Below, in pieces: positions 39,066 to 48,789 of a stretch of DNA of 64,000 nt (positions are counted from its first letter, which is position 1; each line of letters opens with the position of its first letter). The stretch is from positions 3,070 through 67,069 of the forward strand of contig JBFYNP010000067.1 in assembly GCA_041304325.1 (NCBI GenBank). Reading direction: 5' to 3'. The notes beneath the pieces were generated by a model. The model was not told where the DNA came from. It saw only the letters and a program-made list of their open reading frames with translations, and ran no database searches. The stretch is from Candidatus Bathyarchaeota archaeon. Its GTDB lineage: Archaea; Thermoproteota; Bathyarchaeia; TCS64. The translations under genes were made by a program, and so were the position numbers.

Positions 39066-40041
39066 GTTTTCGGGTTTGCACTCCTTCGTCTGTTACATTG
39101 ACTCTGAGGGATTCACCTCTCATTAGCTGTATAGCCTTCTCAATATCACTTAGCTTCTGTTCCTCTGCAAGCGCGATCATACATCCTCCTCCACCAGCGC
39201 CAGTTAATTTAGCACCCAGAGCACCTGCCCTGCGTGCAGCATGGACGAGTCTATCTAGGTCTCCAGTTGATACACCGAGAGCTGAGAGTAAGCCATGATT
39301 AATGTTCATAAGATCTCCTAGTTTTTTTAGATCACGATTTAGAAGCGCGTCAAGACCTACTCTAGACAAGTTACCCATAGAATCTATGATGGTATCAATG
39401 AACTCGGGATTACGGTCTTTTAACGTTTTAACATTCTCGACCTGGTCTCGAGTACTTCTTTTGAAACGAGTATTACCAATGATAAAGGGGAGTGTCGAAT
39501 CTAATTTAAGCCTCTCAAAGCTCTTTCCCCTCTCATACTTCATTATCCCACCGAACGTTGCAACGTTATTATCAACACCGCTTGGTGTTCCATGTATTAT
39601 TTTTTCGCCTTCGAAACTTAAGGTTGCGATTTCTTCCTTTGTCAAATTTCCGTTGAAAAGCTCACCTACGGCTGCAGCTGTTGCAACGCATACAGCAGCT
39701 GAAGAGCCTAAACCAACTGCTATAGGTATCATACTTCTTACGACAAGAGTCAAACCACCCTCAACCCCAAGGTGCTCCTTAACCTTCCGAGCTGTGATGT
39801 TGAGAGCTGATAAGTTGCGTCCCCTCCACTCTTTGCCATGTGTGGGGTAATATTGATCATTCTCGAAATAACCGGAGAAACCGAGGTCTTCAGCGTCGAT
39901 ATAGATCTTATTATCCCCTCGTTTAAATGCGATTACACGTGCTCTTTTATCGATGGCAAGCACTATTGCTGGACCTTTGTAGACTACACTATGCTCCCCA
40001 AACAGTATCATTTTTCCAGGAGCCGTTGCTTCAACACTCAA
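39046..40041 (-). CDS. mvk: Mevalonate kinase (GHMP kinase)
   Basis: Has APGKMILFGEHSVVYKG, PIAVGLGSSAA and KLTGAGGGGC. A TTG start is required to include the conserved APGK. Confidence 0.9.
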   Translation of the reverse strand: MSVEATAPGKMILFGEHSVVYKGPAIVLAIDKRARVIAFKRGDNKIYIDAEDLGFSGYFENDQYYPTHGKEWRGRNLSALNITARKVKEHLGVEGGLTLVVRSMIPIAVGLGSSAAVCVATAAAVGELFNGNLTKEEIATLSFEGEKIIHGTPSGVDNNVATFGGIMKYERGKSFERLKLDSTLPFIIGNTRFKRSTRDQVENVKTLKDRNPEFIDTIIDSMGNLSRVGLDALLNRDLKKLGDLMNINHGLLSALGVSTGDLDRLVHAARRAGALGAKLTGAGGGGCMIALAEEQKLSDIEKAIQLMRGESLRVNVTDEGVQTRKLEAGNS

Positions 40042-40042
40042 A

Positions 40043-40906
40043 CTATTGCACCGTTTTAGTTATCTTAGCAGCAGCGTATCCTACTACCGCGTTAAGATCT
40101 CCCGTAATATTCCCGCTTGTGTTATATGATAAGACTTCTGCTCGGTCAGCTCCAAGAAGTTTGGCTGTAATGAGTGCTACCGAGACAGGGCCGTAACCAC
40201 ACATTGAAATTTTATTAGTTTGAACAACGTTCTGTAATTTCTCTTCGTCCATCTCCTTTATTGAGGCAATAACCCGATCATCTTTACGCTTCGCCGAATA
40301 TTTTGATTCATGATGCGTTAAATCAGTAGATGCTATGATCACTATGTTACGATCTCTTAGTACCTCAGCCAGTGTTTTTCCAATACTTTTACTGGTATTG
40401 AGATCTTGATAACCCATTACAATCGGGACGATCTTTATTTTTTCTCCATACAGGTACTGGAGGAAAGGTACATGTACTTCTATGGAATGTTCGTTAAAGT
40501 GAGCTGTTTCATCGAAGGTGATGATTTTTGACTCTGAGAAAATATCTTGTGCCAGTTTAGTATCTATATTCGTTTTTCCTAAAGGAGTTCGCCATTCTCC
40601 GCTTTTATAAAGAGATATTGGTGGTCCTATCCCTGTATGGTTTGGGCTGAGGATGACAGCAGTGTCTGGAGAATTCTCTTCGCTCAGAGCTAGATAGCTC
40701 CAAGCGGCTGTTTGCCCCGAATATATGTAACCCGCGTGTGGTGCAACTAAGGCGATTATGCTTCTTTCCTTATTCTGAAAGCTTGGAAGCTTCCCCGGTC
40801 CAAATTTTCCTAGAAAGCAGCTTTCAATTTCTTTCTTTAGACGCGTTGGGTCAGAAGAGTAGAATATTCCAGCAACTGAGGGATATCTGATGCTCAATAA
40901 TATCAC
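40043..40906 (-). CDS. MEMO1-family protein (AmmeMemoRadiSam system protein B-like)
   Basis: Has VAGIFYSSDP and APHAGYIYSGQTAA. Its position next to mvk and rps2 is conserved in archaea. GTG start. Confidence 0.85.
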   Translation of the reverse strand: MILLSIRYPSVAGIFYSSDPTRLKKEIESCFLGKFGPGKLPSFQNKERSIIALVAPHAGYIYSGQTAAWSYLALSEENSPDTAVILSPNHTGIGPPISLYKSGEWRTPLGKTNIDTKLAQDIFSESKIITFDETAHFNEHSIEVHVPFLQYLYGEKIKIVPIVMGYQDLNTSKSIGKTLAEVLRDRNIVIIASTDLTHHESKYSAKRKDDRVIASIKEMDEEKLQNVVQTNKISMCGYGPVSVALITAKLLGADRAEVLSYNTSGNITGDLNAVVGYAAAKITKTVQ

Positions 40907-40993
40907 TAAAGTTAATGACAGATTACACCGAAAAAAGTATCCCTAAAATAAGTTAAGAAAATCTCTGAACTTTAATAAAATTAATAGTTATAA

Positions 40994-41620
40994 CTAATTA
41001 GCCTCGAAATCGTCAATGCTCATTGACATCTCACCATTGGCAGGAAGTTCTCCCTTTTCGCGGAGTGTCTCTCTAGCGATAAGCCAGAAGGCAATAGCAA
41101 GAGCTCGACGACCTTTATTATTCATCGGGATTACTATGTCAACATTGCTCTTCATATTATCAGTGCTTGCAAGTGCAATCACTGGAACACCACATTGACT
41201 TGCCTCCTCAATGATCTGGTCATCAGCAAGACTGTCGGTAACAATAACAGCTGCAGGTTCGAAGAAGCTTGCATATGTAGGGTTTGTAAATGTTCCACTT
41301 GTAAACCTTCCAGTTACAGGTCGGCATCCAAGGGATAGGCAGAATTTTTCAACGGGATTACGACCATATCTCTTGGAGGAGGCTACGACAATTCTGTTTA
41401 GAGGCATACGACTAAGGAACTTTGCGGTGATCTTTATCCGCTCATTCATCTGCTCCATATCAAGAACATAAAGTCCATCTGGACGTACCTTGTAGATGAA
41501 AGGCTCCATGTCCTTCGTTTTTACACGCGTACCAATATGGACACCTGCGCTTAGCAGTATTTCTTGGGGTAAAAGAAGGTTTACGGTTATTTGCTGCTGT
41601 GCTTCATTCTCTGGTTGCAA
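40994..41620 (-). CDS. rps2: Ribosomal protein S2 (uS2)
   Basis: Has AGVHIGT, RFTSGTFTNP and IVTDSLADDQIIEEA. Confidence 0.92.
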   Translation of the reverse strand: MQPENEAQQQITVNLLLPQEILLSAGVHIGTRVKTKDMEPFIYKVRPDGLYVLDMEQMNERIKITAKFLSRMPLNRIVVASSKRYGRNPVEKFCLSLGCRPVTGRFTSGTFTNPTYASFFEPAAVIVTDSLADDQIIEEASQCGVPVIALASTDNMKSNVDIVIPMNNKGRRALAIAFWLIARETLREKGELPANGEMSMSIDDFEAN

Positions 41621-41626
41621 CTAGTC

Positions 41627-41848
41627 TCATCCCTTTTGGTTGAGGTTCTCACGTCCCTCGTGGAATTTTATCACATCGTCAATTATCTCAACATGTGAGA
41701 GGATCATTCTACGGCAGCAGTATCTTGATATCGCTAGGTCGTCGAGAACCTTACCCGGGTCTTCACCGGCATCGGTCCGTTTTTTGAAGGCGTAATATTT
41801 ATCGCCTATCACTTTTCCGCATGAGAAACATCTCACAGGTACAATCAA
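41627..41848 (-). CDS. rpoN: DNA-directed RNA polymerase subunit N (Rpb10 homolog)
   Basis: (M)[14 protein letters not shown]...RYCCRRM. The full conserved N-terminus is obtained only from the TTG start. Confidence 0.92.
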   Translation of the reverse strand: MIVPVRCFSCGKVIGDKYYAFKKRTDAGEDPGKVLDDLAISRYCCRRMILSHVEIIDDVIKFHEGRENLNQKG

Positions 41849-41949
41849 TTCATGCTGCCTCTTCCACGTCTCGGGGAGATTCCACCTTCAGAATAAGGTT
41901 GAGGAATAAAAACACTTCTCTGATTGTTGGTTTTTCAAGTTTTATTTTT

Positions 41950-42279
41950 TTATATTATTTCTTTGGTTTTCTTTTTCAGACGTTTAATAGTTCCAGATAC
42001 TCGGTCGACATGGATAACAGCGGTTTCCGCGTTAATAGAGGTGATAAATGCGATAGCAGCGCGTAGAGTCCTTAGACCGTTGTGACTGCATCTTACTATT
42101 CCTCGTCTCTCTTCTTCATTATAATCTGTTAGGAAGAGATCTACTTCGGAGAGACCTTTAATTCCGAAGAGGCTAAGCAAACTCTTCCTGATGGTTTCAT
42201 CTAGTTGAACCTTAGTTAGTTGTCCAGATGAATTTACTATGATGTGAAGATATCTTCGACGTACTCCTCTAACTGGCAT
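41950..42279 (-). CDS. rnp2: RNase P protein component 2 (Pop5 homolog)
   Basis: 109 aa. Has the RRRYLHIIV start and IVRCSH. Adjacent to Rpp30. Confidence 0.75.
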   Translation of the reverse strand: MPVRGVRRRYLHIIVNSSGQLTKVQLDETIRKSLLSLFGIKGLSEVDLFLTDYNEEERRGIVRCSHNGLRTLRAAIAFITSINAETAVIHVDRVSGTIKRLKKKTKEII

Positions 42280-42958
42280 CTGTGACCCTCTTAACTCCAG
42301 GTGAGACGTACTCTTCTGATAGTTTTGATCTGTTTTTCCTTAGTAATTGTCCGGGTGTAGTTGTTTGCATTTCAACTACTGCTTCCTCAGATATATCGAG
42401 AAGGAAGGTCATCGCTGCGATAGCTTTGGGTTCACGTAAACCCATAGACGTTGAAGCCCCGCTTGATATAATTATAGGGATATCGAATCGTCTAGCTACT
42501 TCAAGTTCTCTTTTTATCACATTTGTTAGCCTTGAGAGCCTGTTTTCTCCGGAGAATAATAGCTCGGACGCGTTAATTTCGTAGCAACAGCCTACTTCGG
42601 ATGCAAGCTGAGCTTCTTGTGTATCCAAGCGGGCATTTCTTCGAATATTGAGATCCTCTGGGAACAGAAGGATATCCACGCGGTGATCCTTGGCTGCTTG
42701 ACGAGCTACATCCTTGTTTGTGCATTTCACTGCGACGATTTCAAATTTGCCTCGAACTTTTTTAAGTTGCTCAAGGAGATCTGATCCGCGGCGAGGTTCT
42801 AAATCCACTCTTGTCGCTACGTCAATATCAATCGATGTTTCAGATCTAATATTTCCAGTTGATGCCACACAACTATATCCAAGATGTTTTGCTTCAGTTA
42901 TTAGTTTCTCAACTTCTCCTAGCCTGGGGCTGATGTGGAGATCGAAATACTTCTTCAA
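42269..42958 (-). CDS. rnp3: RNase P protein component 3 (Rpp30 homolog)
   Basis: 229 aa TIM-barrel-like. Has the FDLHI start typical of Rpp30/PHP-like proteins. Overlaps Pop5. Confidence 0.8.
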   Translation of the reverse strand: MKKYFDLHISPRLGEVEKLITEAKHLGYSCVASTGNIRSETSIDIDVATRVDLEPRRGSDLLEQLKKVRGKFEIVAVKCTNKDVARQAAKDHRVDILLFPEDLNIRRNARLDTQEAQLASEVGCCYEINASELLFSGENRLSRLTNVIKRELEVARRFDIPIIISSGASTSMGLREPKAIAAMTFLLDISEEAVVEMQTTTPGQLLRKNRSKLSEEYVSPGVKRVTDAS

Positions 42959-43419
42959 CCTTCAGGTTCTCCTCTATTATCTAAAGCCAACAAGTGGTTT
43001 CTTAGGAATATGACAGGATCAGCTTTATGAGGAAGCTGCATTTTGAGTTTTATTCGTATAGGATCAGCGTCATTGAGAACGACTCTACCAAAGTATGCTT
43101 TCTGTTTATCTATTCTGAAATATATACTCCCCGCTTCGTCAACTCTATCAGCTAGGTCAGAGTCAATTTGCAATCGATCGATACTCGAAAGTCGTTTGTA
43201 GATTAGTGCAAGAAGCTCTGATGCCTCCTTACGATGTTCAATTTTGCTGGTGAATAGTATTATAGGATCCTCAAAATGGCCGCTGAGTTTTGATTCCTCG
43301 ATTATTATCTCTTTTCCGGGAATCAGGTTCGTTATGGTTTTCTTTACCTTATCTTCATCTTCCGTAGCGTGACTGAATACGCTTATCTCAGCGCTTTTTA
43401 TTGGTCGATCCTCGAGCAT
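42955..43419 (-). CDS. DUF54-type predicted RNA-binding protein (predicted exosome-associated subunit)
   Basis: Has the ISVFSHATEDEDKV signature. It sits immediately upstream of Rpp30, as in the archaeal exosome superoperon. Confidence 0.6.
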   Translation of the reverse strand: MLEDRPIKSAEISVFSHATEDEDKVKKTITNLIPGKEIIIEESKLSGHFEDPIILFTSKIEHRKEASELLALIYKRLSSIDRLQIDSDLADRVDEAGSIYFRIDKQKAYFGRVVLNDADPIRIKLKMQLPHKADPVIFLRNHLLALDNRGEPEG

Positions 43420-43518
43420 GCCTGTTGCACGCTATTAGTAGTGAGTGCCTTGTTTTTAAGGGGTGTCGTGCTGATTTGAGGCAATGTTTAATTATCTTGA
43501 AGCGGTTTGAATGCCCGG

Positions 43519-43596
43519 GCGGCCGTGGCTTAGCCTGGATAGAGCTTGGGCCTTCGGAGCCCATGGTCGCGGGTTCGAATCCCTCCGGCCGCGCCA
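43519..43596 (+). tRNA. tRNA-Arg(TCG), encoded CCA
   Basis: Hand fold: acceptor GCGGCCG/CGGCCGC, anticodon arm TGGGC-CTTCGGA-GCCCA, T loop TTCGAAT, G73. One mismatch in the T stem. An AT-rich TATA-like box (TTTAATTAT) lies about 25 nt upstream. Confidence 0.85.
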
Positions 43597-43671
43597 ATAT
43601 CATTACATTGCTAAGCTTTCCTTCTACAATAGAGGTAAGTGTCTTTTAATTTTGTATTTGCGTCTTAAAGC

Positions 43672-45000
43672 TTAGCCTTGGTAGGTTAATGAGAACCCTG
43701 CGTAGACCTTGATGCCGAGGACGAGGTTTTCAATAGTAATATACTCATCAGGTTGATGGGCCTTTCCTGTGAGACTGGTGCCATAACCGAGACTTGGTAT
43801 ACCTGCTATCTTACTTGTACTCACTCCATCTGTACCGCCTGTCAATATCTTGATCCCCGGTCTCCTGCCCGTGACTTTGCGGATAGTTGATGTAAGCTGT
43901 TTCATAAATGGCGTTTCAGGTGACTCGTAGAAACCCGCTGAATCTACCTTTTTGTTCGTGGGTTTAACGATTTGAGTGCTATCCACCTCGACTCCGGGGA
44001 CCCCAGCTGCCTTTACAAGGCGGTTGATCTCTTTTCGAATTTCGCTCACACTTACACCAGGGGTTAAACGTATATCAAAATCCGCTTCTGCGTAATCGGG
44101 AACCACGTTCGTTTTAACGCCTCCACTGATTATATTGCATGCAACTGTGGGGTAGTAGAATAGACGCTTGACAGCTTTAATCTGCTCTGGGGTTTGTGCT
44201 TCCTGCATGTAAAATTTTGTCGCTTCTTTTAATGGCTTCTTGAGATCTGGAGGTGTATTAAGCTTGTAATTCCCTATTTTATAGACTTCTGGGATAACTT
44301 TTAGAAGCTTCATTATCGCGTTGTCGCCTAAATGAGGTGTACTTCCATGCGCGGTCTTTCCCTTCGCTATGAGCTTTGTTCCAGCACCACCCTTACAGCC
44401 TAGATCTATGCTAGGAGTCTCGTAACCCCCACCGTTGCCATCTCCTATTAGGCAGACGTCACCATTGATTTTACCAGTCTCAGAGAGCCATTTGGCTCCA
44501 GCTCCACCACCTATCTCTTCATCAGCTGTGAACCAGAACTCACATGTGTTTGATACTTTAGGAAGTTCTGATAGAATTCTTGCAGAAACCATTGCAGCGG
44601 CGCAGCTTCCCTTCATATCACTGCTTCCACGCCCCCAAACCTTCCCATCAATAATTTTTCCGCTGTAAGCGGGGTGTTTCCAAGCCTCAGGTTTTCCTTC
44701 AGGCACTACATCTATATGACCCAGCCAAAGGACCTTTCTGCCTCCGGATCCAACCTTTCCAACAATATTCGGTCTATTCGAGTCGTGTGCGTGGATTTCA
44801 CAATCAATTTTGTGGTCATCGAAGTATGTCTTAATATATTCAACACATTCAACCGTCCGTCCTGCGGGGTGAGCTGAATTGATTTTTACTAGTCCAGAGG
44901 TTAACTCTGCAACTTCTTTGGAGGATTTCTCAGCCTCGGCTAATACTTTCTTAAAGCTCATGAGAATACTATGACGCAGGATGGTTTTATGATCTTCCAT
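43672..45000 (-). CDS. M20-family metallopeptidase (ArgE/DapE/LysK-like deacylase)
   Basis: Has LGHIDVVP, RGSSDMKG and FTADEEIGG motifs. Confidence 0.8.
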   Translation of the reverse strand: MEDHKTILRHSILMSFKKVLAEAEKSSKEVAELTSGLVKINSAHPAGRTVECVEYIKTYFDDHKIDCEIHAHDSNRPNIVGKVGSGGRKVLWLGHIDVVPEGKPEAWKHPAYSGKIIDGKVWGRGSSDMKGSCAAAMVSARILSELPKVSNTCEFWFTADEEIGGGAGAKWLSETGKINGDVCLIGDGNGGGYETPSIDLGCKGGAGTKLIAKGKTAHGSTPHLGDNAIMKLLKVIPEVYKIGNYKLNTPPDLKKPLKEATKFYMQEAQTPEQIKAVKRLFYYPTVACNIISGGVKTNVVPDYAEADFDIRLTPGVSVSEIRKEINRLVKAAGVPGVEVDSTQIVKPTNKKVDSAGFYESPETPFMKQLTSTIRKVTGRRPGIKILTGGTDGVSTSKIAGIPSLGYGTSLTGKAHQPDEYITIENLVLGIKVYAGFSLTYQG

Positions 45001-45047
45001 GAACAGCTATTAAAACACAATTTTAAATAATTCTGTAGAGCATTCTG

Positions 45048-46097
45048 TTAATTTGGAATGGATCGGGTCTCCTTAAGTTTTCGAAGCCGCTCCATCTTCT
45101 CAGGTAGAAGTGTTCTTATGGGTAACTCGTATGGGCACCTCATCTCGCAGGCTCCACACTGTAAACACTGTGCAACTTTTGCAGCAGCTTCATCTACCTG
45201 CTTAACAGTACCTTCCTGCCAACCCATCCGACGGAGAACACTTACCTCGGCACGGAGAACGAAACTTATAGGAATTCCAACCGGACATGGTTGACAATAG
45301 TCACAGAACCTACAATATTGATCCCCGAGGCGCTTTTTCTCATCCTCAATCATCTTAATCTCATCTGATGTAAGATTGAGTGTACCCTGGCATACGCTGA
45401 TGTTTTCTTCAACTTCAGCTACAGACAGCATACCAGGTATTGTTATATCTGCAACTTGATTCGCCAAAACAAACTTAAGCGCGGTGTTCGGGTTGAAGAA
45501 GGCTCCTCCTCCAAAGGGTTTCATTATGATAACGCCGACATCCATCTTCTCACATACAGGTAACACCTCTTTCTCAGGTTCTGTTGCAAGGTAGTTGTAA
45601 GGAATCATCGCGGTCTCAAAAATACCTTCGTCCAAGATCTTAGCGAGCACACCTGGGTTGTGACTTGTGATTCCTAAATGCTTAATCTTGCCCTGCTTTT
45701 TAGCGTCAAGAACAGCTTCTAATGCCCCGCCTGGCGCTTTGACAGCGTTCCATGCGTCAAAAGATGCGATGTTATGAAGCTGGTATATATCAATGTAATC
45801 GGTTCGGAGGTTTCTGAGGCTGGTCGCTAAATCCCGCTCAATGTCGATGCGTGTCCTAGCATGGCTCTTTGTTGCAAGATATACTTTATCGCGGACGCCC
45901 TCAAGGGCTTTGCCTATCCTTTCCTCGCTTGTTGTGTAGCCTCTTGCGGTGTCAAAGTAATTTATTCCAAGATCATAACATCGTTTTACTACTCGTATTG
46001 CCTCCTCCTCGGAGATACGCTGGATAGGAATTCCGCCAAATCCGATAAATTTGACTTTCAATCCTGTTTTTCCGAGAACTCTTTCTTGTAGAACCAT
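45048..46097 (-). CDS. Aldo/keto reductase with a C-terminal 4Fe-4S cluster domain
   Basis: Has LGKTGLKV...GFGG and the DTARGY AKR core. The C-terminus has CRFCDYCQPCP and CLQCGACEMRCP. The start is taken at the internal ATG (MVLQERVLGK). Confidence 0.85.
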   Translation of the reverse strand: MVLQERVLGKTGLKVKFIGFGGIPIQRISEEEAIRVVKRCYDLGINYFDTARGYTTSEERIGKALEGVRDKVYLATKSHARTRIDIERDLATSLRNLRTDYIDIYQLHNIASFDAWNAVKAPGGALEAVLDAKKQGKIKHLGITSHNPGVLAKILDEGIFETAMIPYNYLATEPEKEVLPVCEKMDVGVIIMKPFGGGAFFNPNTALKFVLANQVADITIPGMLSVAEVEENISVCQGTLNLTSDEIKMIEDEKKRLGDQYCRFCDYCQPCPVGIPISFVLRAEVSVLRRMGWQEGTVKQVDEAAAKVAQCLQCGACEMRCPYELPIRTLLPEKMERLRKLKETRSIPN

Positions 46098-46178
46098 AAT
46101 TGAAAAGTGTAATGTAGCAAGATAAGGGTTAGTTAACGAGGAGAAGCACTTTTCAACCAGTTTGAGTTCTCTCAAGGC

Positions 46179-48071
46179 ATGTCAACTCACCCAGTTGCGA
46201 AGGACAGCCCAGGAGAGGTGGTTCTCCTTATGGGGAATGAGGCTATCGTCCGTGGTGCATTAGAGTCAGGTGTTCGGGTAGCAGCTAGTTACCCAGGAAC
46301 ACCCGCTTCTGAAATAGGTAATACTTTTGCAGAGCTCTCTAAGGAGATGGGATTACATTTCGAATGGTCTGCAAATGAAAAGGTTGCGTTTGAGGTCGTT
46401 TATGGTGCCTCAATGTGTAATCAGCGTGGAATGGTTAGCATGAAACATGTTGGCCTCAACGTTGCTCTCGACATAATGGAGATGGTAGCCCTCCGTGGGG
46501 TTAAAGGCGGGCTCGTCTTCATAAGCGCTGATGATCCAAGCCAGCACAGCAGCGGTCAAGAACAGGACCAGAGGTGGCTCGCAAAGCAGAACTGTGTTCC
46601 GGTGCTTGAACCAGCTGACCCTCAGGAAGCTAAAGACTTCACGATCTATGCGTATGATCTCTCGGAGAGGCTTGGAGCTCCTGTTATGCTTCGTACAGTC
46701 ACAAGAGTCAGCCATATGCGTAGCAATGTGCAGCTCGGTAAACTCCTTAAGCTCGATAGGAAAGCCGAATTTGATTGGAGCAAATTCAGTTATATCACAG
46801 CTGGCTTCGACAAGCTTTTCTACGGCAGAGAAAAAGAGGCAAATGAAAAGATCATAAAAGCTCGCGAGGAGTTTGAATCAATCTCAATTAACAAGCTCTT
46901 CATGAAGGGAAACGAAAAAATCGGAGTCATCGCAACTGGACAAACCTACAACTATGTGATGGATGCTATCGACAAATTAGGCGTCGAGAGTAAAGTCGCA
47001 GTTCTTAAATTAGCTACGAGTAATCCAATCCCAGAAAAGCTCATAAGTAAACTACTCAAAAGTGTTGAAAAGGTTTTAATCACAGAGGAACCTGACCCGT
47101 TTGTAGAACTACACGTAAGAGCTCTTGCTAAGGATACTGCTCCAAATGTTGTAATTCTCGGACGTATGAACGCTCAGCTTCCTGGGGAGGGAGAGCTTAA
47201 TTCAACAATCGTAGACACAAAGATCGCAGAGATGCTTGGTGAGAATCTTAAGGAGAATCCCCGAGTTGCGCTTGAGAAAAATGCAAAAGATCTTCTATTT
47301 CCCCGTACATTAACCCTCTGTGCTGGATGTCCCCACCGTTCAACTATCTATGCCCTTAAGAAAGCAGTAAAGAAGGTTAAGGGAGACGAGCATGCCGTTG
47401 TGATAAATGGAGATATTGGATGCTATGGGCTTGCATGGTCACCACCATTATGCTACGAAGATACATACTTTTGCATGGGTGCTAGCCTAGGCGTCAGCCA
47501 GGGAATGGCTCATCTTGGCGTGGAGTCTATTGCCTGGATTGGTGATGGCACTTTCCTCCATGCAGGGTTCGGGGCTTTAATGAATGCAGTTCAAACGAAA
47601 GCAAATATCAAGATCGTCGTTGCAGATAATAGCGTCACAGCTATGACTGGATTCCAACCAAATCCTCAACAAGGGAAAACCGCGTTAGGGGAAACCACAA
47701 AGCGCGTCATGATCGAAGACATAGCTAGAACCGTTGGAGTTGAACATATTGAAGTCGTGGATGCTTATGACATTAAAGCAGCTCAAGCCGCGTTCGAGAG
47801 GATGTTAAAAACTCCCGAAATTGCAATTGTCATCAGCCGTCGTATCTGCGCAACCGAAGCAATAAGACAGATGCGCCCTAAACGCCCAGTAGCTTGGAAA
47901 GTTAATCTCGATAAATGTATTGGGTGCAGACAATGTGTATTGACCTTCGGGTGTACCGCTATCAGCTTCGATGATGTGCAAAGTAAAGCTCTCATCGACC
48001 CTACCATATGCATGGGGTGCGGAACCTGCTCTCAAGTTTGCCCGGCTCATGCAATGGAGAGGAGTGAGTAA
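46179..48071 (+). CDS. iorA: Indolepyruvate:ferredoxin oxidoreductase alpha subunit
   Basis: 630 aa. Has a TPP-binding region (GDIGCY...GDGTF) and C-terminal CIGCRQC...CMGCGTCSQVCP. Confidence 0.9.
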   Translation: MSTHPVAKDSPGEVVLLMGNEAIVRGALESGVRVAASYPGTPASEIGNTFAELSKEMGLHFEWSANEKVAFEVVYGASMCNQRGMVSMKHVGLNVALDIMEMVALRGVKGGLVFISADDPSQHSSGQEQDQRWLAKQNCVPVLEPADPQEAKDFTIYAYDLSERLGAPVMLRTVTRVSHMRSNVQLGKLLKLDRKAEFDWSKFSYITAGFDKLFYGREKEANEKIIKAREEFESISINKLFMKGNEKIGVIATGQTYNYVMDAIDKLGVESKVAVLKLATSNPIPEKLISKLLKSVEKVLITEEPDPFVELHVRALAKDTAPNVVILGRMNAQLPGEGELNSTIVDTKIAEMLGENLKENPRVALEKNAKDLLFPRTLTLCAGCPHRSTIYALKKAVKKVKGDEHAVVINGDIGCYGLAWSPPLCYEDTYFCMGASLGVSQGMAHLGVESIAWIGDGTFLHAGFGALMNAVQTKANIKIVVADNSVTAMTGFQPNPQQGKTALGETTKRVMIEDIARTVGVEHIEVVDAYDIKAAQAAFERMLKTPEIAIVISRRICATEAIRQMRPKRPVAWKVNLDKCIGCRQCVLTFGCTAISFDDVQSKALIDPTICMGCGTCSQVCPAHAMERSE

Positions 48072-48072
48072 G

Positions 48073-48681
48073 ATGAAGGCTTTTCGCATAGTAATAGCCG
48101 GGGTTGGTGGACAGGGCACCCTTCTCGCAACACGCCTTCTTGCAGACACTGCCATCAATGAGGGAGTTAAGGTACGCATCGGTGAAACTTATGGTATGGC
48201 TCAACGGGGAGGTCCTGTCATGGGGCACATTCAGATTGGTGAAACTTACGGTCCACAGATCAGACCGGGAGAGGCTGATGCTATCCTAGGATTTGAAATC
48301 GCTGAAGCTACGCGCCGTGGAGTCTCATATCTCAAGCAGGGGGGTCTTGCAATAATAAACACAAAGAAACTCCCACCTATCGAGGTTATCAGTGGCATCC
48401 GTGGCTACCCTGAAGAAGACCACCTTCTTAGCCTCTTACGCCAAGTCACGGGAAAACTATTTGTATTCAACGCAACGAAGTTTGCTGAGCAGGCGGGGGA
48501 TCCAATAGCCACTAACATGGTTATGCTTGGAGCTCTTACTGCTAGCAAGGCACTACCCTTCGGAGAAGACAAGATCATAGCGGCTATGAAAAAGTCAATC
48601 CCTCCGAGATTCCTCGAATTAAATACAAGAGCATTTGACCTAGGCGTTCAAGCTTATCTAAAATCTGGGCTTATCTCCTAG
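48073..48681 (+). CDS. iorB: Indolepyruvate:ferredoxin oxidoreductase beta subunit
   Basis: Has the FRIVIAGVGGQGTLLA start. The ATG is 2 nt after the iorA stop; the longer track ORF is an upstream in-frame artefact. Confidence 0.9.
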   Translation: MKAFRIVIAGVGGQGTLLATRLLADTAINEGVKVRIGETYGMAQRGGPVMGHIQIGETYGPQIRPGEADAILGFEIAEATRRGVSYLKQGGLAIINTKKLPPIEVISGIRGYPEEDHLLSLLRQVTGKLFVFNATKFAEQAGDPIATNMVMLGALTASKALPFGEDKIIAAMKKSIPPRFLELNTRAFDLGVQAYLKSGLIS

Positions 48682-48789
48682 CCTATTAAAAGTGCGCGCG
48701 TTATTTTTTTAAAAACAGGCTTTTTTAATAGTATTAAGACAAGCACCAGTTTCCAAAGAGTTAATCGTTGGTTCTATTATAAGTAAGCC

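Noticed and set aside
47971-48072. N-terminal extension of iorB suggested by the 236-aa track ORF
   Set aside because: The extension overlaps the 3' end of iorA. The family-typical N-terminus (MKAFRIVIAGVGGQG) begins at ATG 48073, 2 nt after the iorA stop.
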